The notes below the pieces were generated by a model, which was not told the origin of the DNA, did not search any database, and saw only the letters and a program-made list of their open reading frames with translations. The position numbers were made by a program, and so were the translations under genes. From positions 1-15,895 of the forward strand of contig CBDCTA010000007.1 in NCBI GenBank assembly GCA_965221955.1: 15,895 nt of DNA, read 5' to 3'. The stretch is from Gammaproteobacteria bacterium. Lineage in GTDB: Bacteria > Pseudomonadota > Gammaproteobacteria > UBA4575. The first letter of the stretch is position 1, and every line of letters begins with the position of its first letter. Shown here piece after piece: positions 8,357 through 15,553 of the stretch.

Positions 8357-9601
8357 ATGTCTAATAACGATAGTCAAGCACGACAAATCGCAACTGACTA
8401 CCTGCATGAAAATGCAGAGAAATTAGTAAAAGTATGGATTGATTGGTTACAAGAGCGTGTGCAGACCACAACCATCAAATCCTTACCGGAACGCGCACTG
8501 CGGAATCATATCCCCCCGATTCTGCATAGTCTGGCTAATTTTATTTCAAATCCGGCAGAAATCACACGTCAAGAAATATTAGGGCATTTAAAAATCCATG
8601 GACAGATCCGTAGAGATCAAGGATACACCTTAGAAGAAGTACTTGCAGAATTTGATGGTTTAGCGGGTGTGATTACAGCCGATGTCAATTCAGTTCTATT
8701 TGATGCTATTGAGAAGCTGACCCCAAAAGACATTATTGAAGCACTTACTAACCTAGCAAGTGGCTTGAGGACGATTAGTTTTGTTGCAATGGGCACATAT
8801 TCGCAAACAGATCGAGAGCGTGCAAAGACAACTTCTGAAGGTATGGAGGAAATGACGCGTGCAGTTGTGCATGAGTTGAGAAATCCACTCAACGCAGTAA
8901 CCCTGAACCTTGGTTTAATAAAAGAAGATAATCCTAATATTGAAAACTTAGAAGAAAGTGTGGATTTATGCCTCAGTTCAATCAATCAGGCCTCGGAAAT
9001 TTTAAATTCAATAAAAAATTTAGCCTTAATCGACCTTGCTATGTCCGGAAAATATTTGATTACGCTGCGTGAAATTGCTGAAAGCTTAAAATCAGAATAT
9101 AAAGAAGAAACTGTAAATAAAGGTGTGGAAATTCGATTTGAAGATCACATGCCTGAAGTTAGTATTGAAGCAGTGCCTTTATACATTGTGTTAACCAATT
9201 TAATTACAAATAGTATTAAATATGCAGATAAAACTAAAGATGAACAATTTGTAAGTATAAAAGCAAAGCTTATAGAAGAGGAAAATGATTCTGGATTTTG
9301 TCAAATTGAGGTGCGTGATAATGGAATTGGAATACCAGAAGAACTGCTCGCGCGTGTTTGCCAAAAAGGTTTCCGCGCACATCCTGGTGTAGGTCAAGGC
9401 ACAGGATATGGACTTCATTATGCCCGTGACTCACTCTTAACACGTGGGGGTGCTCTAGAAATTGAAAGTAAAGAGAATGAAGGTACTATAGTTAAAGTTC
9501 GAATACGTTGTTTGTCACCTGAATCTGATGCAATATGTGCAGATCAATATCGAATTGAACATTTGATGGGTGAGAAAGTGTTCGAAAATAACTATAGATA
9601 A
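8357..9601 (+). CDS. Cytoplasmic sensor histidine kinase with N-terminal RsbRD_N (globin-like) domain
   Basis: HGQIRRDQGYTLEEVLAEF (RsbRD_N-like); H-box VHELRNPL; N-box NLITNSIKY; G-boxes DNGIGI and GTGYGL; no TM segments. Confidence 0.85.
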   Translation: MSNNDSQARQIATDYLHENAEKLVKVWIDWLQERVQTTTIKSLPERALRNHIPPILHSLANFISNPAEITRQEILGHLKIHGQIRRDQGYTLEEVLAEFDGLAGVITADVNSVLFDAIEKLTPKDIIEALTNLASGLRTISFVAMGTYSQTDRERAKTTSEGMEEMTRAVVHELRNPLNAVTLNLGLIKEDNPNIENLEESVDLCLSSINQASEILNSIKNLALIDLAMSGKYLITLREIAESLKSEYKEETVNKGVEIRFEDHMPEVSIEAVPLYIVLTNLITNSIKYADKTKDEQFVSIKAKLIEEENDSGFCQIEVRDNGIGIPEELLARVCQKGFRAHPGVGQGTGYGLHYARDSLLTRGGALEIESKENEGTIVKVRIRCLSPESDAICADQYRIEHLMGEKVFENNYR

Positions 9602-9614
9602 AATAACTATAGAT
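9585..9614 (+). repeat. Perfect 15-bp tandem duplication AAAATAACTATAGAT x2 overlapping the kinase stop codon
   Basis: 9585-9599 is identical to 9600-9614. Confidence 0.85.
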
Positions 9615-9670
9615 AATGAGTTCTCTATAAACGAAATCTAGCAAATAAAACAATATAATCGCTAAAGTAA

Positions 9671-10270
9671 CTACGCTGTCAATTCTATGATGGCTTTGTA
9701 AACTAACCAGTAAGTAATTAGAGAAGATGCGATACCTATAAGAATCCATATTCCATCATGCATGGTGAGGCCAACTGATATTAGAAGTAGTGACAAACCT
9801 GGAACCATCACAGCAAAAGGCAGAATTTCAAGAGGCGCCATGCTAATTCCAAGAGAAAAGCTAATTAAACCGATCACATTAAGCCACGGTTCTTTAGTGA
9901 GGTAACTAACTCTCGGCTTTATGAACTCCTCAATTTTATTGACTGGTTTTTCAAGCTTGTCTAATGAAGAATCTAATTTCTTTCTAGTGATTTCAAAATT
10001 TGTAATTTTATTAGGCAGCCAAGGGTATTCAATACTAATTATGAGTTGTATCGAAACAATCGTAACGATAATTCCTGCGAGTGTAGGAACCCCAGGTATT
10101 GCTCCTGTCGGTAGTACAGCAAGCAATGCGGGTATCAATAACATAGGACCATATACTCTTGATGAAAAGATGTTTAATAGCTTTTCAATCGGAATATCAG
10201 CACTATCTTCTTGTTTGCGAAGCTCTACTATTACATCAATTAGATGATCCGGTGCGTTTTTATCTGACAT
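9671..10270 (-). CDS. exoD: Exopolysaccharide synthesis ExoD family membrane protein
   Basis: RVYGPMLLIPALLAVLPTGAIPG, PWLP, IKPR and PLEILPFAVMVPG...GLTMHDG. ATG at 10270 is preferred because the track's GTG at 10300 lies inside a terminator hairpin. Confidence 0.85.
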   Translation of the reverse strand: MSDKNAPDHLIDVIVELRKQEDSADIPIEKLLNIFSSRVYGPMLLIPALLAVLPTGAIPGVPTLAGIIVTIVSIQLIISIEYPWLPNKITNFEITRKKLDSSLDKLEKPVNKIEEFIKPRVSYLTKEPWLNVIGLISFSLGISMAPLEILPFAVMVPGLSLLLISVGLTMHDGIWILIGIASSLITYWLVYKAIIELTA

Positions 10271-10285
10271 TTTAAATAATTTTTT

Positions 10286-10321
10286 AAAAAATAGACCCAC
10301 AGTATGGATGCTGTGAGTCTA
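10286..10321 (-). terminator. Rho-independent terminator immediately upstream of exoD
   Basis: The - strand reads TAGACTCACAG-catccata-CTGTGGGTCTA-TTTTTT: 11-bp stem with one U.G pair and a U6 tail. Confidence 0.75.
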
Positions 10322-10430
10322 AAGGGAGTGGAGCAATTTATGCTCCGAGTGAGTCCTCCCGGACTTATTGTGCTTTTGCGTCAAAAATTATTGATGCTCA
10401 TAATTGATAAAACGCCACTTAATTTAGTGA
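10286..10430 (-). ncRNA. Candidate sRNA or exoD leader RNA (5' end uncertain)
   Basis: GC-rich structured island (GGGAG...GGAGCA-taaat-TGCTCC-a-CTCCC) followed by a terminator; possible -10 TATACT at 10435-10440 on the - strand. Confidence 0.4.
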
Positions 10431-10469
10431 CATAAGTATACTAAGCAGAGCATGCTTGATTGTTAAAAT

Positions 10470-10482
10470 TGTAAAATCTACA
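10470..10482. promoter_or_regulatory. TGTAA-N3-TTACA operator with one mismatch (TGTAAAATCTACA)
   Basis: Lies in the divergent region between the RNA candidate/exoD and the small peptide/EEP genes. Confidence 0.55.
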
Positions 10483-10565
10483 TAAAGAATGCAATTTAAA
10501 TATAATTTTAAATGCTTCGGTTATATACTGGTATCTCAAAATAACGATAATAATTGGAGTCTAAA

Positions 10566-10643
10566 ATGCCTAGAAATATCTTTTATATCATTGGCGTTAT
10601 TGTAGTCATTGTGATTGTTCTTAAATTATTAGGTCTTTGGTAG
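10566..10643 (+). CDS. 25-aa single-pass membrane peptide; absent from ORF track
   Basis: GGAG RBS 6 nt upstream; MPRNIFYIIGVIVVIVIVLKLLGLW*; preceded by the regulon box. Confidence 0.7.
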   Translation: MPRNIFYIIGVIVVIVIVLKLLGLW

Positions 10644-10722
10644 ATACCAATTAAATTTAGTCTATGTTTGGGATAAATATAGTATTCAAAATTAATCTAA
10701 TTTAACGTTCATTCGCGCCAGG

Positions 10723-11778
10723 GTGAAAGGGATATTTTATCTTTTCGCGATATTTTTAATACTCGCTACACTATTACCAATTATCAGAAATGATGATTGG
10801 TGGTTGCGTGTGTTTGAATTTCCAAGATTACAAATTGCAGTCCTTAGCTGCATTTTGTTTTTATTCGCGTTTTTCTTAATTGAGCATCACAATGTATTCT
10901 TTATTTGTGTAAGTTTTTTGCTCATTGCATCTGCTGTTTATCAATTTGTAAAAATTATTCCCTATACTTCGTTTCATCCGCAACAAATGCATGCTGCTGA
11001 TGCGGAGAGCACCGGACAACCATTCAAACTGATGATGTCTAATGTGCTCATGTCGAATAAAAATATAGACGGTTTGGCCAAATTAGTAATTCAACATCAG
11101 CCTGATATATTGCTAGTCATTGAAACAGATGAAATGTGGTGCCAAGATTTAAATTCAAAACTTGATTTTAAATATGAGGTTGCAGAGCCTCTGGAAAATA
11201 CATATGGGATGGTGCTTTATTCTAATTTTGAGTTACAGAATTCAAAAATAGAGTATTTGATTGAAGACGATGTACCGTCTATTCATGCCCAAGTAAAATT
11301 ACCTAACAACAAAACAGTTTCTTTACATTGTTTGCACCCAAAACCACCTGCTCCTCAAGAAAGTGAGGATACCACTGAAAGAGATGCCGAATTACTGATA
11401 GTCGGTAAGATTGTGCGTGAACAAAATATACCAACAATCGTTGCTGGTGATTTGAATGATGTAGCTTGGTCATATACCACTAAGTTATTTCAAAAGATTA
11501 GTGGCTTGCTCGATCCTAGAATTGGAAGGGGAATGATTAATACTTTTCATGCAAAACTCTTGTTTCTACGCTTTCCCTTAGATCATGCATTTGCATCTGA
11601 GGACTTTGCTTTAATTAATATAAAACGATTACCCGGATTTGGGTCAGATCATTTTCCTATGCTAATTGAACTGGTTCTAAATGAGATGAATCGTAATTTA
11701 CATGATGCGCCTTCAGCAGATATAGAAGATAAATCGAAGGCAGAAGAGAAAATTGAGAAAGCATTTGATGACCAATAG
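10723..11778 (+). CDS. Membrane-anchored endonuclease/exonuclease/phosphatase family protein (YafD-like)
   Basis: N-terminal TM helices (WWLRVFEFPRLQ), SNVL, PDILLVIETD, NTYGMVLYS, HPKPP, AGDLNDVAWS, PLDH and GSDHFP. Confidence 0.9.
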   Translation: MKGIFYLFAIFLILATLLPIIRNDDWWLRVFEFPRLQIAVLSCILFLFAFFLIEHHNVFFICVSFLLIASAVYQFVKIIPYTSFHPQQMHAADAESTGQPFKLMMSNVLMSNKNIDGLAKLVIQHQPDILLVIETDEMWCQDLNSKLDFKYEVAEPLENTYGMVLYSNFELQNSKIEYLIEDDVPSIHAQVKLPNNKTVSLHCLHPKPPAPQESEDTTERDAELLIVGKIVREQNIPTIVAGDLNDVAWSYTTKLFQKISGLLDPRIGRGMINTFHAKLLFLRFPLDHAFASEDFALINIKRLPGFGSDHFPMLIELVLNEMNRNLHDAPSADIEDKSKAEEKIEKAFDDQ

Positions 11779-11802
11779 CTTAAATATTGAAGAAGCATTC
11801 TA

Positions 11803-11815
11803 TGTAAATATTACA
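11803..11815. promoter_or_regulatory. Palindromic operator TGTAA-N3-TTACA (TGTAAATATTACA)
   Basis: Perfect copy ~85 bp upstream of the metallothionein ATG; -10-like TAGACT at ~11850. Confidence 0.65.
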
Positions 11816-11900
11816 ATATTATCTCAATAATGCATTATTTTTGATTACATAGACTAAGATATCTGTATTAAAAAGTGTACCAGTCAGAGAGGTAGTATTT

Positions 11901-12080
11901 ATGGCGACAAATAATGACGAAATTAATATGATGATGCTTTGTGCACATGATACTTGTCGATGCGTAATTAATGCTGATCAAGGTGTAATTAAAGACGATA
12001 ATCTCTATTGCAGTCATCTATGTTCCGAAGGTAAATCTTGCGGACATAGTTTTTGTAACTGTGTTGGAGAAGGCGAATAA
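11901..12080 (+). CDS. smtA: Bacterial metallothionein (SmtA/BmtA family), 59 aa; absent from ORF track
   Basis: GAGAGG RBS; MATNNDEINMMMLCAHDTCRCVINADQGVIKDDNLYCSHLCSEGKSCGHSFCNCVGEGE* has 8 Cys and 3 His in the SmtA pattern CxxxxCxC...YCSxxC...CGHxxCxC. Confidence 0.85.
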   Translation: MATNNDEINMMMLCAHDTCRCVINADQGVIKDDNLYCSHLCSEGKSCGHSFCNCVGEGE

Positions 12081-12113
12081 CAGCGTTGGTCAAACTTCAA
12101 TAGGAATTAATCG

Positions 12114-12377
12114 ATGAAAAAAACATCTGACACATTTATCAATTCTAATGAAGAATATGTAAAACTTCGAAATAGCCAAGCACCAGGTATAGATAAGACA
12201 CCAAGAGAACAACCAAAGTCACAAATTCCAGGTTATCGTGGTCATGACAATCCTGAATATGCGCAGTGGACGGATCGAGAGTTGGCTGAACTAGCAAATA
12301 CTTTAAATATCAATTTTAGTGATGATATAAATCGAGATGATTTGATTAATCTTATATTAGAAAAAGAAAAACGCTGA
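12114..12377 (+). CDS. Small protein with C-terminal Rho_N-like helical domain
   Basis: AGGA RBS; YAQWTDRELAELANTLNINFSDDINRDDLINLI resembles Rho-termination-factor N-terminal-like repeats; 33 bp after smtA. Confidence 0.6.
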   Translation: MKKTSDTFINSNEEYVKLRNSQAPGIDKTPREQPKSQIPGYRGHDNPEYAQWTDRELAELANTLNINFSDDINRDDLINLILEKEKR

Positions 12378-12697
12378 TTTATATATAAAAAGTATTAACA
12401 CCACCGCTAGATGGATGACAATGTTATTTCATAATATTTTGATAACCTTATTCACATTTATACGCAAAAAAATAATTATTCTATTTTTAATATTTTTGAT
12501 TTTACAGCATCATTATCTGAAGACGAGGAAATTCAAATATACGTATCCACCAACCGTCATGTTTAATCATTGGTAATACCGTAATGATTAAATAGATCAG
12601 CACACAAATGTAATGAGCTTCTTTCATAGATTAATTTGCAATTTGTTGAACAGCTGTCAGACTCGAGAGCCTCTTTAATTAATTATTAGTTGCCAAT

Positions 12698-13066
12698 ATG
12701 TTCGATGTAATTATAGAAACTACGATCGATTCGCTTGCCCTTGAGCTAGGTTTGGAATATCACTTTGTAGTATATGTTACGAATAAAGGTACCAAACGCT
12801 CTCTTTCAATAATACCTGAGCTTGATGTACTAATAGACCAAATAGACACCTCTATTTGTCATAGTAATGAAACGGAGGTTTGCATAGGTGATAAGCAACC
12901 TAGAGCTCAAATCAAATTAGATGTAGAAGAAAGAGTTAGCTTTACAGTATTTATTACTTGTAATATAGCACTAGAATCAGAGCCCGGTCATAGATTGAAT
13001 ATTTATGCTGAGGATGAGGCAAATACACGTGTTGGAACAACGGGGATCTCTATCACAACGTTATAA
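12698..13066 (+). CDS. Hypothetical protein, beta-rich
   Basis: 122-aa ORF with no recognised motif and no clear RBS. Confidence 0.5.
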   Translation: MFDVIIETTIDSLALELGLEYHFVVYVTNKGTKRSLSIIPELDVLIDQIDTSICHSNETEVCIGDKQPRAQIKLDVEERVSFTVFITCNIALESEPGHRLNIYAEDEANTRVGTTGISITTL

Positions 13067-13089
13067 CCGTTTTAATGTTTTTTTAACTT

Positions 13090-13485
13090 TTATTCTTTAT
13101 CAAAACTATCCACAATAATTGCCCCCATAGAGGCTGGCATCGTTATTACGATGAGCCTTTTTAATGCGATTGCAGGCTCTGTAAACAAAGGAAATTTATC
13201 AAGAGATAATAGTATTAATGCCACAATCACCCCTGCAATGGCATAAGCAACAACTATTCTGAACAAAAATATAGGTACTCTGTGCTTAATATTTCCCTGA
13301 AATACACTTTGATAGGTAAAGAACGAGAGAAAAATTACTGACAAACTAAATAGGATTGCTAAATTAAATACTGGAAGAGTTACTCCTAGCTTCCAGGCTT
13401 CTTCAGAGAAAGAAATGGGTACGCCTAAAGCAAATGCACCTATAGCAACCTGACTCGCATCTTCAAGGTTAAAGTGATATTTCAT
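13090..13485 (-). CDS. DUF2391 family membrane protein
   Basis: EDASQVAIGAFALGVPISFSEEAW and C-terminal PASMGAIIVDSFDKE; four hydrophobic segments. Confidence 0.8.
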   Translation of the reverse strand: MKYHFNLEDASQVAIGAFALGVPISFSEEAWKLGVTLPVFNLAILFSLSVIFLSFFTYQSVFQGNIKHRVPIFLFRIVVAYAIAGVIVALILLSLDKFPLFTEPAIALKRLIVITMPASMGAIIVDSFDKE

Positions 13486-14016
13486 TTAGTCCTAGTTTCT
13501 ATGAATGTCCGCTTTGGGTCGTAAGCGGTCAATTAAAAAATTGCAAAGTTATTAAAAAATTTTCTGACATTGGGACCCCTAAATACATTATTACTGATGC
13601 AATGTTTGTCCCCCTAGGGGGTCATTACTGATTGATAAGAATGCTTTTATATCAAGGAGTTAATTCATGGAAACATCAAACCTGCTAGCGCAGCAAGTTT
13701 GATTGTTCCCACTTTTTGTATTCATGATCTATATAAATCAATGACTTCTTTACGTTAGATTCGGTATTTAAGTCGAATTTGTACCGTTTTGTATAAGCAA
13801 AACTAATGATTATTCTCTCTTTTTATGTGTGAGGGTAAGGGAGAAACACGTACCCATGCCTTTTTTTTAGTGTTGAGGTAACGCGCATGCAGCAACCTTG
13901 TATGGATTTATTCAATTTAGTCGTACGTATAACAAACTCGATCGGAAAGAGCTTTATTAAATTTCTTTAAATCAAAAGAATAGTAGTTCTTCACTATGAT
14001 TCGCTGGAGTTTAACA

Positions 14017-15105
14017 ATGGCTAATCAATCTGCGGCAATTGCAAAGATCTCTCCAATACACCCTCATCATGAGTTCAATTTAAAAACAGCAATTGAGCTT
14101 GATATGTTCAAATATCCTAAGCGTGACTGGCTGTTAGAGCCTTGGTTGCGAGAAAGAATGTTAGTCATGGTCCATGCCCCAACAGGAGTGGGTAAAAGTT
14201 GGTTTGCTTGGAGTGTTGCTATTGGGATTGCATCTGGCAAAGGGTATGCACAATGGTCATGCCCCAAGGCAAGTAAAGTTCTCATAATCGATGGTGAAAT
14301 GCAGCCTGATGATCTACAGGATCGTGCTAGATTTTTACGTAAAAATTTCAAGCTAAGTAAACCACAATTAAATCAACTCAAACATAACTTAGTAGTACTA
14401 GCTCGACAGGACCAAGACCCAGACCATGAATTTCCTGATCTAAATGAAACTGATGATCAAGATAGATTTTTAGAAGTTATTCGAGAGGTTAATCCTGACC
14501 TGGTGATTCTAGATAATTTATCGACACTTGCTAACCTTGAAGATGAGAATGCTGCACACGCATTTAACAACATATTCAGATTTCTAACTAAGATTAAACA
14601 AGAACGTTCAGGCATGCTTGTTCACCATGATCGTAAAGGTACAGATAAAGATACAACTGAGGGTTACAGGGGTAGTAGCAAGATGGCTGCCATATTTGAA
14701 CAAAGAATACACCTGAGTCAGGTACATGAAGGACAGAGGCCTAAAGATACAGGAGCTTGTTTTTATTGCGACTTTAAGAAAAATCGTTATCTCAGTGACG
14801 ACAGCATGAAAACAAAGATCTTTGCATTGCATACAAAACTTGGATGGATAATAGAAGAAGATGAGAATGAGGAGCTGAAAAAATTTGCTGCAGCTGTGCG
14901 TTCTTGTAATTTTACGACATTAACCGAGGTTGGTCGTCACTTTGGCCACAAGAGGGCTTGGGCATCAAAACAAAATAATAAATGTGCAATTCAAGGTTAT
15001 CTTGAGCCAAATGAATACATCGCATGCTGCGATAAGGCTAAACAAAAACTTGCGCTAGATGAGATGGGTGAAAAGGAGCTAAATAAGTTATCTCCAAATG
15101 AGTGA
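14017..15105 (+). CDS. AAA_25 / RepA-like (SF4-type) helicase with possible C-terminal HTH
   Basis: WLLEPWL, Walker A APTGVGKS, LIIDGEM, Walker B LVILDNL, LVHHDRK and YRGSS; C-terminal TLTEVGRHFGHKRAWASK is HTH-like. ATG14017 has a GGAG RBS (the track start is 13996). Confidence 0.8.
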   Translation: MANQSAAIAKISPIHPHHEFNLKTAIELDMFKYPKRDWLLEPWLRERMLVMVHAPTGVGKSWFAWSVAIGIASGKGYAQWSCPKASKVLIIDGEMQPDDLQDRARFLRKNFKLSKPQLNQLKHNLVVLARQDQDPDHEFPDLNETDDQDRFLEVIREVNPDLVILDNLSTLANLEDENAAHAFNNIFRFLTKIKQERSGMLVHHDRKGTDKDTTEGYRGSSKMAAIFEQRIHLSQVHEGQRPKDTGACFYCDFKKNRYLSDDSMKTKIFALHTKLGWIIEEDENEELKKFAAAVRSCNFTTLTEVGRHFGHKRAWASKQNNKCAIQGYLEPNEYIACCDKAKQKLALDEMGEKELNKLSPNE

Positions 15106-15128
15106 ATAACTGAAGAAAAGTAGACACT

Positions 15129-15153
15129 CGAGGGGGTGTTTTGCACCCTCTCG
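15129..15153 (+). terminator. Hairpin downstream of the helicase
   Basis: CGAGGGGGTG-ttttg-CACCCTCTCG forms a 10-bp stem with one G.U pair; weak U-tail. Confidence 0.55.
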
Positions 15154-15184
15154 TATTAATCCCTTATATTTGTTTTATATGTGA

Positions 15185-15359
15185 TGTTTCCATGTATCTT
15201 TCTTTAATGGTCGGAAACAGGATACAGGTGCTAAGTAATTGTTTTGATGCCAAAAATTCAATATTTATTATTAATGTTTCCTGGCTTTTTGGAAACATGT
15301 TCTATCTAAATATAAGCTAAGATAGGTCTCTGTTTACAGAGATCTAAGGTTGGGAAACA
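15185..15359. repeat. Cluster of GGAAACA/TGTTTCC heptamers in both orientations (iteron-like)
   Basis: TGTTTCC at 15185 and 15275; GGAAACA at 15213, 15291 and 15353; variant GGATACA at 15220. Confidence 0.7.
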
Positions 15360-15553
15360 ATTTCTACAATTATTATATTAATTGGAAAATCTCATGATTT
15401 GGATTTTTACATAGTTTTTTCTGCCATAAATGGTAAATAGGATGATTTTACGATTCTTATAGCTTGTCTCATGAATACTTTGGTATTTGAGTAATTGTTT
15501 GTTTTAGTTTTCTATAGAATGAGTGTAGACAGTCTAGAATTCAGGAGATAAAA

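Noticed and set aside
8617-10247. ORFs 8617-8985, 9200-9418, 9492-9749 and 9921-10247
   Set aside because: Shadows of the kinase and exoD.
10321-10390. yybP-ykoY manganese riboswitch on the + strand (AAAGGGAGTGG start)
   Set aside because: The other conserved elements are not found, it is far from a + strand gene, and terminator polarity points to the - strand.
13832-13868. GGGTA...TACCC followed by T8 as a terminator
   Set aside because: The stem is short, the loop is large and the stem is not adjacent to the U-tract.
14067-14832. Minus-strand ORFs 14067-14351 and 14608-14832
   Set aside because: Antisense shadows of the helicase.
15185-15359. CRISPR array interpretation of the repeats
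   Set aside because: The repeats are only 7 bp, in mixed orientation and irregularly spaced, and there are no cas genes.
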